Shown: positions 25,118 through 35,359 of the stretch, piece by piece
How the letters are laid out: the number at the start of each line of letters is the position of its first letter
Numbering within the stretch: the first letter of the stretch is position 1
Source of the DNA: Actinomycetes bacterium
GTDB lineage: Bacteria > Actinomycetota > Actinomycetes > S36-B12
Direction of reading: 5' to 3'
Assembly: GCA_965278965.1 (NCBI GenBank)
Contig: OZ257127.1
Span: 2,808,567 to 2,872,566 of the forward strand
DNA: 64,000 nucleotides
Made by a program: the position numbers and the translations under genes
Notes under the pieces: model-generated
Seen by the model: the letters and a program-made list of their open reading frames with translations, nothing else
Told to the model about the DNA's origin: nothing
Database searches by the model: none

Positions 25118-26392
25118 TCAGCGGCGACGGCCGCGACCTGCGTCGAGCAGCGGGAGCTCGGGCATGCCGGCTGTGTGCTGACGCTCGATCCAGTGGGGGA
25201 GGAGCTGCGGGGACAGGAGCTGGTCGGTGACGAGAGCCGCGGCCCCGTACACGCCGGCGAGCTCACCGAGCTCGGACCGCGAGATGCGCAGGTCCCGGGT
25301 CGCCAGGGGCAGCGACCGCTCGAACACGGCCTGCCGGATCGTGGCGAGGAACGCGTCGCCGGACTTGGCGACGCCGCCCCCGATGATGACGAGCGAGGGG
25401 TTGTAGAAGTTGACCATCGCCGCGATCGTCTCGCCGATCAACCGACCGGAGTTGCTCATGATCGCGTTGGCGGCGCGGTCGCCGTGCAGTGCCGCCGTCG
25501 CGACGTCCTGCGCTGAGATCGACTGGCCCTCGTCGACGAGCCGGGCCAGGAAGGGGCTGTCGCCCCTGACTGCCGCGGACAGCCCCTGGACAGCGATGGC
25601 CTGCCCACCGGCGAGCGCCTCGAGGCACCCGACTTTCCCGCACCGGCAGATCTGGTCGCCGTTGTCCGCGACGGACACATGGCCGATGTCACCCGCCGCA
25701 CCCTGCGCGCCGCGATGCAGCCGTCCGTCGGAAATGAGGCCGGCGCCGATGCCCGTGCCGATCTTGATGACGATCGCGTCGCGTGCCGTGACGGCCAGGC
25801 CACGGCGGAGCTCGCCGATCGCAAGCATGTTCACGTCGTTGTCGATCCACGTCGGTGCGTCGAAGCGCTGCGAGATGCGGATGCGCACCGGGTAGCGGTC
25901 CCAGCCGGGCATGATCGGTGGCGACGTCGGCATGCCAACCCGGAACTCGACGGGCCCGGGCAGGCCGATGCCCACCCCCCAGACCGGCGTCCCGGGACGC
26001 CGGTCCAGCAGCGCGTCGAACATCTCCTCGACTCGGCTGAGGACGGCATCAGGCCCGTCCGCGATGTCGATCCCCGCGCCGTCCTGCTCGAGGATGTCCC
26101 CGCCGAGCGTGGTCAGCGCAGCGTGCAGGCCCGTAGCGCCAAGCTCCGCCACCAGCAGCGCCCCGACGGACCCGTTGAACTCCAGGCTCCGGCTGGGTCG
26201 CCCGCCCGTCGAGCGGCTCGGCGAGCCCTCGGTAATCAGGCCCGCATCCAGCAGGTCGGCCACGCGTTGGGCGACCACGGTCCGGCCCAGGCCGGTGACC
26301 TCGCCGAGCGCGGGACGGGTGTTGGCCTGGCGGAACCGGATGAGGTCGAGCACGGGCACGAGGTGGTCGGCCGTCGTGCTGCTGCCTGCCAC
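25118..26392 (-). CDS. ROK family transcriptional regulator
   Basis: N-terminal winged HTH plus a ROK sugar-kinase-like domain, with DNDVNMLA and the Zn motif CRCGKVGCLEA. Confidence 0.85.
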   Translation of the reverse strand: MAGSSTTADHLVPVLDLIRFRQANTRPALGEVTGLGRTVVAQRVADLLDAGLITEGSPSRSTGGRPSRSLEFNGSVGALLVAELGATGLHAALTTLGGDILEQDGAGIDIADGPDAVLSRVEEMFDALLDRRPGTPVWGVGIGLPGPVEFRVGMPTSPPIMPGWDRYPVRIRISQRFDAPTWIDNDVNMLAIGELRRGLAVTARDAIVIKIGTGIGAGLISDGRLHRGAQGAAGDIGHVSVADNGDQICRCGKVGCLEALAGGQAIAVQGLSAAVRGDSPFLARLVDEGQSISAQDVATAALHGDRAANAIMSNSGRLIGETIAAMVNFYNPSLVIIGGGVAKSGDAFLATIRQAVFERSLPLATRDLRISRSELGELAGVYGAAALVTDQLLSPQLLPHWIERQHTAGMPELPLLDAGRGRRR

Positions 26393-26484
26393 GTTGCCCT
26401 GCTCCTTCCTCGAGGTCGCCCGAGTGTAAACCCCGCCAGTTACCTATTCGTTATCGAAATCAGCAACTTTCTGCCGCGAAGCGG

Positions 26485-28083
26485 TTGTCTTCTGCTCAAA
26501 ACATGCAGAACTATGTGACCGCCAACACACAGCGGACAGGGGACGGCGTGGAGCACGAGACGGGCGCAGCGGCGCAGGCCCCTGATGTCCTTCTCGCGAT
26601 GTCGGGCATCGTCAAGGCCTTCCCCGGCGTACGCGCGCTCGACGGCGTCGACCTCGATGTCGTCCGCGGCGAGGTCCACTGCCTGCTCGGCCAGAACGGT
26701 GCCGGCAAGTCGACCCTGATCAAGGTCCTGGCCGGCGCGCACCAGCCCGACGAGGGCCAGATCACCTGGAACGGCGAGCCGGTACGGCTGCACGACCCGA
26801 CGGCCGCGATGCGCCTGGGGATCGCCACCATCTACCAGGAGCTCGACCTGGTCGACGACCTCACGGTCGCGCAGAACATCAGCCTGGGCCGGGAGCCGAG
26901 CTCGATCGGGTTCTCGCGCCGCCGCCAGGAACGCGACACCGCGCGCGCCCTCCTGGCCCGGCTCGGGCATCCGGAGATCCGGCCCGACGCGACGGTCGTG
27001 TCTCTCTCAGCTGCGGGCAAGCAGATCGTCAGCATGGCCCGGGCCCTGTCCCAGGACGTCCAGCTGATGGTCATGGACGAGCCGTCCGCCGTCCTGGACC
27101 AGGGCGAAGTGAACCGACTATTCGCCGTCATCCGCGAGCTCACGCGCGCGGGCGTCGCCGTCGTCTACATCTCCCACCGCCTGGAGGAGATCCGCGAGAT
27201 CGGCGACCGCGTGACCGTTCTCAAGGATGGCCGCACGGTCGCGACCGGTCTGCCGGCGAAGACGACCCCGACGATCGAGGTCATCCGTCTGATGACCGGC
27301 CGCAGCATCGAGTTCGTCTTCCCCGCCAAGGCGGCGAACCCGCCGAGCGGCGAACCGGTCGTCGAGGTGACCGGCCTCAGCCGCCACGGTGAGTTCGAGG
27401 ACGTCAGCCTGGAGGTGCGCGCGGGGGAGATCGTCGGTCTCGCCGGCCTCGTCGGCTCGGGCCGCTCCGAGGTGCTCGAGACGATCTACGGGGCCCGACG
27501 CGCCAGCGCGGGCACGGTCCGCGTGGCCGGGCGGACCCTGCCCGCCGGCTCGGTGGTCGCCGCAGTCAACGCCGGTGTCGGGCTGTGCCCGGAGGAGCGC
27601 AAGAGCCAGGCACTGCTCCTCGACGAACCCGTCACGCACAACGTGACCCTGGCCTCGATGCGCACCTTCGCCCTCGGGCCCTTCCTGCGCGCCGGCCGTG
27701 AAGAGGCCGCGGCCCGATCGCAGACGGTCGCGCTCGACGTCCGGCCCCCGGACCCGCGCCGCGACGCCCGGACGCTGTCCGGCGGCAACCAGCAGAAGGT
27801 CGTGCTCGCTCGCTGGCTGCTCAAGGGCTGCCGGGTCCTGCTGCTCGACGAGCCGACGCGCGGCGTCGACGTCGGCGCGCGCAGCGAGCTGTACGCGCTC
27901 ATCCGCGAGCTGGCCGACAGCGGAGTCGCCGTGCTCCTGGTCAGCAGCGAGGTGCCCGAGGTGCTCGGCCTGTCCGACCGCGTCCTGGTACTTCGCGACG
28001 GCGCCGTCGTCCACACCGGACCCGCTGACGAGATCGACGAAGCAGACGTCCTGGAGCTCGTGATGGAAGGAACGCCCGGATGA
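26485..28083 (+). CDS. sugar ABC transporter ATP-binding protein (duplicated ATPase, CUT2 type)
   Basis: Two Walker A motifs (GQNGAGKST, GLVGSGRSE) and two signature motifs (LSAAGKQ, LSGGNQQK). The start is uncertain (26485 or ATG 26503). Confidence 0.85.
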   Translation: MSSAQNMQNYVTANTQRTGDGVEHETGAAAQAPDVLLAMSGIVKAFPGVRALDGVDLDVVRGEVHCLLGQNGAGKSTLIKVLAGAHQPDEGQITWNGEPVRLHDPTAAMRLGIATIYQELDLVDDLTVAQNISLGREPSSIGFSRRRQERDTARALLARLGHPEIRPDATVVSLSAAGKQIVSMARALSQDVQLMVMDEPSAVLDQGEVNRLFAVIRELTRAGVAVVYISHRLEEIREIGDRVTVLKDGRTVATGLPAKTTPTIEVIRLMTGRSIEFVFPAKAANPPSGEPVVEVTGLSRHGEFEDVSLEVRAGEIVGLAGLVGSGRSEVLETIYGARRASAGTVRVAGRTLPAGSVVAAVNAGVGLCPEERKSQALLLDEPVTHNVTLASMRTFALGPFLRAGREEAAARSQTVALDVRPPDPRRDARTLSGGNQQKVVLARWLLKGCRVLLLDEPTRGVDVGARSELYALIRELADSGVAVLLVSSEVPEVLGLSDRVLVLRDGAVVHTGPADEIDEADVLELVMEGTPG

Positions 28084-29099
28084 GCGATGTGACCCTCGCC
28101 CCCGTCTCGACCGCGCCCGAGCACTCGGCCATGCGCCGCCTGCTCGGCAGCTCGGTCGGACGAAACCTCGGGCTCGTCCTCGCGCTGGTGATCTTGCTGA
28201 TCATCGGCGTCGTGTCCGCTGGCGGACGGTTCGCGAGCATCGACAACGCGCTGACCATCCTGCGGCTGGCCTCGGTGATCGGCGTCGTCAGCATCGGCAT
28301 GACGTTCGTGATCATCGGCGGGGGCATCGACCTGTCGGTCGGGGCCAACGTGGCCCTGGCCTCCGTCTGGGCGACGACGGTCGCGACGCAGACGATGGCG
28401 ACGGACTTCCACTGGATCGTCATGGTCGTCTGCGCGATCGCCGTCTCGACCTGCGTCGGCATCGTCAACGGCATCCTCGTCGCCTACGGGCGAATAGCCC
28501 CGTTCATCGCGACGCTGGCGATGCTCGCCGCGGCCCGCGGCCTCGCCGAGATCATCGCCGACCGCAAGACCCAGATCATCAACGTCCAGTCGTTCCTGGA
28601 CTTCTTTGGCGGCGACGTCCTCGGCATCCCGGCGCTTGTCGTGATCTTCGCGCTCGTCTCGGTCGTCGGTTGGATCATCCTGAACCGCACGACGTTCGGC
28701 CGGCGCACCTTCGCCGTCGGCGGCAACGCCGAGGCCGCGCGCCTCTCCGGCATCCGCGTCAAGCGGCACACCCTGTGGCTGTACGCACTCCTCGGCTCCA
28801 CCTGTGGCATCGCGGCGATCATGATCATGGCCCGCACGACCACCGGAAGCTCTACGCACGGCACGTTGTACGAGCTCGACGCGATCGCCGCTGTCGTCAT
28901 CGGCGGGACGCTCCTGTCCGGTGGCCGCGGCACGATCGTCGGCACCGTCATCGGCGTCCTGATCTTCACCATCCTGAACAACATCTTCACCCTCAACAAC
29001 CTGTCCATCTCGGCCCAGGCGATCGCCAAGGGGGTGATCATCGTCATCGCCGTGCTGCTCCAGCAGCGCATCGCCGACCGCAGCAGAGCGGCCACCTGA
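28080..29099 (+). CDS. sugar ABC transporter permease (RbsC-like)
   Basis: 339-aa polytopic membrane protein with an ATGA overlap to the ATPase gene. Typical CUT2 permease sequence (GGIDLSVG, TTFGRRTFAVGGN). Confidence 0.85.
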   Translation: MSDVTLAPVSTAPEHSAMRRLLGSSVGRNLGLVLALVILLIIGVVSAGGRFASIDNALTILRLASVIGVVSIGMTFVIIGGGIDLSVGANVALASVWATTVATQTMATDFHWIVMVVCAIAVSTCVGIVNGILVAYGRIAPFIATLAMLAAARGLAEIIADRKTQIINVQSFLDFFGGDVLGIPALVVIFALVSVVGWIILNRTTFGRRTFAVGGNAEAARLSGIRVKRHTLWLYALLGSTCGIAAIMIMARTTTGSSTHGTLYELDAIAAVVIGGTLLSGGRGTIVGTVIGVLIFTILNNIFTLNNLSISAQAIAKGVIIVIAVLLQQRIADRSRAAT

Positions 29100-29154
29100 G
29101 CACCCCGTCCGCCCCGGCCCACACCCGTGCGGACACCCACCTGAGAGGAACCCC

Positions 29155-30228
29155 ATGAAGGCACGACTGACCAAGATCGGCACCGCCGCCTGTGCGGCGG
29201 TAGCCGCGGCGACGCTCGTCGCCGGCTGCACGAACAACAGCACGTCCTCGGAGACCACGAGCGCACCGGCAGCCGCGACCGCGGCAGCGTCCGAGGCTGC
29301 TCCGGCGAGCGAGGCCGCGAGCGCGGCCAGCGGCGAGAAGATCAAGATCGGCTTCTCCGCGCCGGCGGCCGACCACGGCTGGATGGGTGCCATCACCAAG
29401 GGTGCTGTCGCCGAGGCAGCGAAGTTCGACGACGTCGAGCTCCTCGTCGCCGAGGGCACGAACGACGTCAACCTGCAGATCAGCCAGATCGAGACGTTCA
29501 TCAACGACGGTGTCGACGCGATCGTCATGCTGCCGTTCGACGGCGCCGCGCTCACCGACGTCGCCCGCAAGGCGATGGACGCCGGCATCACGGTCATCAA
29601 CGTGGACCGCGAGTTCGACAGCCCCTTCGCCGCCCGTTCTACCGTCCTGGGCGACAACTACGGCATGGGCGTGTCGGCGGGCACGTACCTGTGCGAGCAG
29701 CTCGGCGACAACCCCGATGCGGTCATCGCCGAGATCGCCGGTATCGACTCCCTGCCGCTGACGCAGGAGCGCAGCAAGGGCTTCGCCGACGCGCTCGCCG
29801 CGTGCGGTCTGAAGGTCTCCAACCGGGTCGCCGCGGAGTTCACCGTGGAGTCCGGCGAGGAGGCGGCGTCGAACCTGCTGCAGGCCGCTCCGAAGATCGA
29901 CGGTCTGTGGAACCACGACGACGACCAGGGTGTCGGCGTCATGGCGGCGATCAAGAACGCCGGTCGCGATGAGTTCATCATGGTCGGCGGCGCCGGCTCG
30001 GCGAACGTCATGCGGGACATCCAGGCCGACAACACGGTCCTCAAGGCGACGGTCATCTACCCGTCGACGCAGGCCGCTGATGGCATCGACCTCGCCCGCA
30101 TGATCGTCCAGGGCAAGGCGCTCAGTGACCTCGTCGAGGTCGAGGCACCGCGCAAGGTCACGCTGTACGCCCCGGTCGTGACCAAGGACAACGTCGACCA
30201 GTACCTGCCGACGGCGTTCGAGTCCTAG
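29155..30228 (+). CDS. sugar ABC transporter substrate-binding lipoprotein (PBP type I)
   Basis: Lipobox (ATLVAGCTNN), a Ser/Ala/Thr-rich linker and a periplasmic-binding-protein fold sequence. Confidence 0.8.
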   Translation: MKARLTKIGTAACAAVAAATLVAGCTNNSTSSETTSAPAAATAAASEAAPASEAASAASGEKIKIGFSAPAADHGWMGAITKGAVAEAAKFDDVELLVAEGTNDVNLQISQIETFINDGVDAIVMLPFDGAALTDVARKAMDAGITVINVDREFDSPFAARSTVLGDNYGMGVSAGTYLCEQLGDNPDAVIAEIAGIDSLPLTQERSKGFADALAACGLKVSNRVAAEFTVESGEEAASNLLQAAPKIDGLWNHDDDQGVGVMAAIKNAGRDEFIMVGGAGSANVMRDIQADNTVLKATVIYPSTQAADGIDLARMIVQGKALSDLVEVEAPRKVTLYAPVVTKDNVDQYLPTAFES

Positions 30229-30295
30229 CAGTCGTCGTGGTGGGGGGCGAGTGTGGCGCCCCCCACCACGATCCCTCCCAGCATGAGAGAAACCG

Positions 30296-31474
30296 ATGAC
30301 ATCAGCACAGAACGGCCGCATCGGCATCGCGATGATCGGCTACGCGTTCATGGGCGTCGCCCACTCCCAGGCGTGGCGTAACGCCCCCAGTTTCTTCACC
30401 CTCAGCGCTCAGCCCGAGCGCACCGTGATCTGCGGGCGGCACGGGGACGCCGCTGCGGACGTTGCCAGGCGGTTCGGCTGGAAGTCCGTCGAGACGGACT
30501 GGCGCAAGGTCATCGACCGCGACGACGTCGACCTCGTGGACATCTGCACCCCCGGGGATCTGCACGCGGAGATCGCGATCGCCGCGCTCGAGGCCGGCAA
30601 GCACGTCCTGTGCGAGAAGCCCATGTCGAACACGGTGACCGAGGGCACGGCCATGGAGGCCGCCGCTCGCGCGGCCCGGCCGAACGGGGTCCGCGCCATG
30701 GTCGGGTTCACCTACCGCCGCGTGCCCGCCATCGCCCTCGCCAAGTCGCTCGTCGCAGAGGGCCGGCTGGGCACGGTCCGGAACGTCCGCGCGCAGTACC
30801 TCCAGGACTGGCTCGTCGACCCGGGTGCGCCGCTGTCGTGGCGGCTGCAGCGCGAGTTCGCCGGGTCCGGGGCCTTGGGCGACATCGGCGCGCACATCAT
30901 CGACCTCGTGCAGCACATCACCGGTGAGTACCTCACCGGCGTCAACGCGCACATCAAGACCTTCATCGACAAGCGGCCCGTGGCCGAGGAGAGCACCGGC
31001 CTGACGGGTGTCGCCGGCACCGAGCTCGGCGAGGTCACGGTCGACGACACGGCGATCTTCCTGGCCCGGATGACCGGCGGCGGTCTCGCGACCTTCGAGG
31101 CGACGCGCTTCGCCACGGGGCGCAAGAACGCCATCCGGATCGAGATCAACGGCTCCGACGGCAGCCTCGCCTTCGACTTCGAAGACATGAACCAGCTGCT
31201 CTACTTCGACGGCACCGACGACCCGAACCTCGCCGGCTACCGCCGGATCCTCGTGACCGAGCCGACGCACCCGTACGTGGGCGCCTGGTGGCCGCCTGGC
31301 CACCTACTCGGCTACGAGCACGCCTTCACCCATCAGGCGGTCGACCTCATCGAGGACATCGCGAACGAGCGCGATCCGTCTCCCTCGTTCGCCGACGGCC
31401 TCCAGGTGCAGCGCGTGATGGCCGCCGTGGAGGCCAGCTCGTCCGCCGACGGTGCCTGGGCCTCGATCGAGTAG
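30296..31474 (+). CDS. Gfo/Idh/MocA family sugar oxidoreductase
   Basis: N-terminal Rossmann (IGIAMIGYAFMG) and an EKP motif (VLCEKPM). Confidence 0.8.
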   Translation: MTSAQNGRIGIAMIGYAFMGVAHSQAWRNAPSFFTLSAQPERTVICGRHGDAAADVARRFGWKSVETDWRKVIDRDDVDLVDICTPGDLHAEIAIAALEAGKHVLCEKPMSNTVTEGTAMEAAARAARPNGVRAMVGFTYRRVPAIALAKSLVAEGRLGTVRNVRAQYLQDWLVDPGAPLSWRLQREFAGSGALGDIGAHIIDLVQHITGEYLTGVNAHIKTFIDKRPVAEESTGLTGVAGTELGEVTVDDTAIFLARMTGGGLATFEATRFATGRKNAIRIEINGSDGSLAFDFEDMNQLLYFDGTDDPNLAGYRRILVTEPTHPYVGAWWPPGHLLGYEHAFTHQAVDLIEDIANERDPSPSFADGLQVQRVMAAVEASSSADGAWASIE

Positions 31475-31503
31475 CAACCCGACCTGACGAAAGGGACACC
31501 CCG

Positions 31504-32505
31504 ATGAGCCGACCGATCACGTTGTTCACCGGCCAGTGGGCCGACCTGCCGTTCGAGGAGGTCGCGCGACTGGCCTCCGAGTGGGGCTACGACGGCCTCG
31601 AGATCGCCTGCTGGGGCGACCACCTCGACGTCCAGCGGGGGGCGGAGGACGACGCCTACATCGCCGACCGGCGTGCGATCCTCGACCGCTACGGCCTTGG
31701 CGTGTGGGCGATCTCGAACCACCTCAGCGGACAGGCCGTGTGCGACGACCCGATCGACGAGCGTCACCGTTCGATCCTCGGTGACCGTGTCTGGGGTGAC
31801 GGGGACCCCGAGGGTGTCCGGCGTCGGGCGGCGACAGAGATGGAGCTGACGGCGCGCACCGCGCGCCGGCTCGGCGTCGACACCGTCATCGGGTTCACCG
31901 GCTCGTCCGTGTGGAAGTACGTGGCGATGTTCCCGCCCGTCACGCAGGAGATGGTCGACGCCGGCTACCGGGACTTCGCCGACCGTTGGAACCCGATCCT
32001 CGACGTGTTCGACGCCGAAGGTGTGCGGTTCGCGCACGAGGTCCATCCGTCCGAGATCGCCTACGACTACTGGACGACCGTCCGCACGCTCGAGGCGATC
32101 GACCACCGCCCGGCATTCGGCCTGAACTGGGACCCGAGCCACTTCGTGTGGCAGGACCTCGACCCCGTCGGGTTCCTGTGGGACTTCAAGGACCGCATCT
32201 ACCACGTCGACTGCAAGGACGCGAAGCGTCAGGTCGGCAACGGCCGCAACGGTCGCATGGGCTCGCACCTTCCCTGGGCGGATCCGCGCCGCGGCTGGGA
32301 CTTCGTGTCGACCGGGCACGGCGACGTCCCGTGGGAGGCGTGCTTCCGCATGCTCAACACGATCGGGTACGACGGCCCGATCTCGGTCGAGTGGGAGGAC
32401 GCGGGCATGGACCGGCTAGCCGGCGCACCCGACGCGTTGGACTTCGTGCGCCGGACCGCGCTGGCCCCCTCGTCGTCCTCGTTCGACGCGGCGTTCAGCT
32501 CGTAG
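31504..32505 (+). CDS. sugar phosphate isomerase/epimerase (xylose-isomerase-like TIM barrel)
   Basis: MSRPITLFTGQWADLPFEEV..GYDGLEIACWGDH is typical of this family. ATG 31504 is in frame with ORF 31288-32505, whose upstream part overlaps the previous gene. Confidence 0.8.
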   Translation: MSRPITLFTGQWADLPFEEVARLASEWGYDGLEIACWGDHLDVQRGAEDDAYIADRRAILDRYGLGVWAISNHLSGQAVCDDPIDERHRSILGDRVWGDGDPEGVRRRAATEMELTARTARRLGVDTVIGFTGSSVWKYVAMFPPVTQEMVDAGYRDFADRWNPILDVFDAEGVRFAHEVHPSEIAYDYWTTVRTLEAIDHRPAFGLNWDPSHFVWQDLDPVGFLWDFKDRIYHVDCKDAKRQVGNGRNGRMGSHLPWADPRRGWDFVSTGHGDVPWEACFRMLNTIGYDGPISVEWEDAGMDRLAGAPDALDFVRRTALAPSSSSFDAAFSS

Positions 32506-33400
32506 CGAGCCCGGCCCGAAGCCGGCGCATCGCGGGCCGGTACTCCAGCAGCCACCACGAGACGGAGTACGTCGCGACGGCGACGATCGCCCCGTACATC
32601 GCGGCCATGAGGCTGTGCTGGTGGAGCACCTGCGTCGCCACGATGATCGCTGCGGCGAGCAGGACCGCCCCCGCCGACCACCAGCGACGGTCCCGACGGA
32701 TCCACGCGATCGCGAGCGTGACCGACCAGAGCACGTGGACGCTGGGGAAGTCGCCGTAGTCCGGGTTGGCGAACATGTGCTGGTCCATGTAGCGCATCCA
32801 CGAGCCGAGGACGTCCCCGTACGCGCCCTGGCTCAGGGCGATCGTGTCGACGTCGGTCTGGAAGAGGAAGAACGTCGTGATGGCGGTGCCGACGCCGACG
32901 AGGCCGGCGACCAAAACCGTCCGCAGCTGGCGGTCGACGCGACGCGCCGCCAGGAATGTCACGGTGACGACGACCCAGACGTAGGTGAACAGGTACGGCA
33001 CGATGAACGCAGGGATCGTCGGGACGTACTGGTCCCAGTGCCCGCGGACGGAGTGGCTGCCCAGCAGGGGCGCGTTGGCCGCGCCATACGCGGTCATGAA
33101 CACCGGAAGCAGCACCAGCAGAACGATGTTCGTCCAGCCGATCACGGGGATGCGCCCGTGCCGGCCTGTTGGTGCTCCGGCGGTGCCGCGGCGCAGCAGG
33201 ACGATGTACGTCGGGAGGGCGACGAGGAAGGCGACGCCCTCGGCGGCGGGGAGCAGGTAGCCCGCCTCGAAGGCGACGGAGCCCCACGCGCCGGCGCACA
33301 TGACGGCGAACACGACCCACGTCGCGACGCGTCCCAGCGTGGATGGCGTCGACGGTTCGAAGCCCAGCCCGGGGATCGTCGGACGTGGGTCGTCGGGCAC
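32495..33400 (-). CDS. PAP2-superfamily (PAP2_C / inositol-phosphotransferase-like) integral membrane protein
   Basis: 301-aa polytopic protein. FPSVHVLWSV and TQVLHQHSLMAAMYG resemble the PAP2 C2/C3 motifs. Call is tentative. Confidence 0.5.
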   Translation of the reverse strand: MPDDPRPTIPGLGFEPSTPSTLGRVATWVVFAVMCAGAWGSVAFEAGYLLPAAEGVAFLVALPTYIVLLRRGTAGAPTGRHGRIPVIGWTNIVLLVLLPVFMTAYGAANAPLLGSHSVRGHWDQYVPTIPAFIVPYLFTYVWVVVTVTFLAARRVDRQLRTVLVAGLVGVGTAITTFFLFQTDVDTIALSQGAYGDVLGSWMRYMDQHMFANPDYGDFPSVHVLWSVTLAIAWIRRDRRWWSAGAVLLAAAIIVATQVLHQHSLMAAMYGAIVAVATYSVSWWLLEYRPAMRRLRAGLATS

Positions 33401-33429
33401 GGACCGGAACCTAGCCGACGCCCGCTAGC

Positions 33430-34824
33430 GTGCGGCCCGTGACCGACGAGGACTCCGTGCTGGCGCGGTGCGCCGTCGTTCTCGACGACCGCGACATCCT
33501 CACCGATCCCGACGTCCTGCCGACCTACAGCCACGACCGGTCGACCGGGTCGCCGGTCGGCGAGCCGTTCGCGGCCGTGTTCCCGCGCACGACTGAGCAG
33601 GTCGCTGCCGTCATGGCGGCGGCGCACCAGCACCGCGTCCCGGTCGTCCCGCGCGGCGCCGGCTCGGGTCTGGCCGGTGGCAGCAACGCCATCGACGGCT
33701 GCCTGATGGTCAGCCTCGAGCGGATGCGCGACGTCCTCCTCGTCAACGAGCAGGACGGATACGTCGAGACGCAGCCCGGTGTCCTCAACACCGAGCTGCG
33801 TGACCACGTCCGGCAGCACGGCCTCTGGTACGCGCCCGACCCGGCGAGCAAGGACTTCTGCTCCATCGGCGGCAACGTCAACACCAACGCCGGCGGACTG
33901 TGTTGCGTGAAGTACGGGGTCACGCGGGAGGCGGTCCTGGGGCTCGAGGTCGTCCTGGCCGACGGCCGGGTGACGCGGCTGGGCCGTAAGACGGTCAAGG
34001 GCGTTGCCGGATACGACCTGGCCGGCATGGTCGTCGGCAGCGAGGGGACGCTGGGCATCGTCACGAAGGCCCGGCTGCGCGTACGCCCCCTCCCGGCCCC
34101 CGCGGCGACCGCGGTCGCCGTGTTCGGCGACATCGGCGCGGCCGGCCGCGCCGTCGCCGACATCATGATGGCGCTCACGCCGAGCATGCTCGAGCTCATG
34201 GACAACGCGACGGTCGTCGCCGTCGAGCAGTGGCAGCCGATGGGCCTGGACACGTCGGCGCAGGCGCTGCTCGTCGCCCAGACCGACGCGACCGGATCGG
34301 GCGCGCTCGACGAGGCCGACGCGTTGCTCGAGCTGTGTGCCCGCAACGGCGCGCTCGAGACCCATCGGTCCGACGACCCGCAGGAGGCTGAGCTCCTCCT
34401 CGGCGCCCGCCGCATGGCGATCCCGGCCATCGAGGCGATGGGCGACTGGCTCCTCGACGACGTCTGCATCCCGCGGTCGGCGCTCGCCGAGGCGATGCTG
34501 CGGATCCAGGACATCGCCAGGCAGCGGGACGTACGGATCTGCACGTTCGGCCACGCGGGCGACGGCAACCTCCACCCGACGATCGTCACCCCGCGTGGCG
34601 ATGTCGAGGCCGCGGCCCGGGCGCTGCAGGCCTTCGACGACATCCTCGCCCTGGCGCTTCGCCTCGGCGGGACGATCACGGGGGAGCACGGCGTCGGCGC
34701 GCTGAAGAACGCCGCGCTGACGCAGGAGCTCGACCGCGTCGCGATCGACCTGCACGCACGGGTCAAGGCGGCCTGGGACCCGGCCGGCATCCTCAACCCC
34801 GGAAAGGCGCTGCCGCGCTGGTGA
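33430..34824 (+). CDS. FAD-linked oxidase (GlcD / D-lactate dehydrogenase family)
   Basis: FAD-binding PCMH domain (VVPRGAGSGLAGG) plus a C-terminal FAD-oxidase domain (GEHGVGALK). Confidence 0.8.
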   Translation: MRPVTDEDSVLARCAVVLDDRDILTDPDVLPTYSHDRSTGSPVGEPFAAVFPRTTEQVAAVMAAAHQHRVPVVPRGAGSGLAGGSNAIDGCLMVSLERMRDVLLVNEQDGYVETQPGVLNTELRDHVRQHGLWYAPDPASKDFCSIGGNVNTNAGGLCCVKYGVTREAVLGLEVVLADGRVTRLGRKTVKGVAGYDLAGMVVGSEGTLGIVTKARLRVRPLPAPAATAVAVFGDIGAAGRAVADIMMALTPSMLELMDNATVVAVEQWQPMGLDTSAQALLVAQTDATGSGALDEADALLELCARNGALETHRSDDPQEAELLLGARRMAIPAIEAMGDWLLDDVCIPRSALAEAMLRIQDIARQRDVRICTFGHAGDGNLHPTIVTPRGDVEAAARALQAFDDILALALRLGGTITGEHGVGALKNAALTQELDRVAIDLHARVKAAWDPAGILNPGKALPRW

Positions 34825-34891
34825 CCGGTCCGAGCGTGCCCCGCGCGTCGTTTCGCGAACGCCCGCGCGCGGACCCCGCCGGGTCTACCTT

Positions 34892-35287
34892 GTGCCCATG
34901 CGATTCCTCATGGGATGGATCCTCGGACTGGGCGGCAACGCCATCGGCCTGCTGCTCGCAGCGCTGATCCTGCCGACGGACCAGTTCAACATCAACAGCT
35001 TCACGGGCTTCATCGTGAGCCTCGTCGTGTTCGCTGTGCTCAGCGCGCTGTTCACGTGGATCGTCCTGAAGTTCCTGGTCCGCAACGCCGGGTCGATCGT
35101 CGCCCTGACGGGCCTGATCTCCACGTTCCTCGCGCTGCTCGTCACGGAGATCTTCACCGACGGCCTCACGATCGGTGGCTGGGGCTGGGTCTGGGGCACT
35201 CTCATCGTGTGGCTCCTGGGGATGTTCATCTGGCTCATCCCAGGGCCGTGGCGCAACCACCAGCGATCCGGCGAGATCCGCGCCTGA
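34892..35287 (+). CDS. small 4-TM membrane protein (phage-holin-4_2-like superfamily)
   Basis: 131-aa hydrophobic ORF. GNAIGLLLAALILP..FTGFIVSLVVFAVLSALF resembles PF04020-type proteins. Confidence 0.55.
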   Translation: MPMRFLMGWILGLGGNAIGLLLAALILPTDQFNINSFTGFIVSLVVFAVLSALFTWIVLKFLVRNAGSIVALTGLISTFLALLVTEIFTDGLTIGGWGWVWGTLIVWLLGMFIWLIPGPWRNHQRSGEIRA

Positions 35288-35359
35288 CGCACGAGCGCCG
35301 CTTGCTGCTACGGGACCGGTCGTCCGCGAACGGATGACCGATCCAGCAGCAGTCAGCCG

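Noticed and set aside
27486-29657. Very long ORFs on the strand opposite to well-supported genes: 27486-29657 (723 aa), 42641-44920 (759 aa), 33142-34755 (537 aa), 61875-63572 (565 aa), 52550-54274 (574 aa), 10736-12067 (443 aa), 8230-9414 (394 aa) and 2653-3858 (401 aa).
   Set aside because: Their translations are dominated by Arg, Pro, Gly and Ala with no recognisable motifs. Each mirrors a gene with clear family signatures. Stop-codon-poor antisense frames are an expected artefact of >70% GC DNA.
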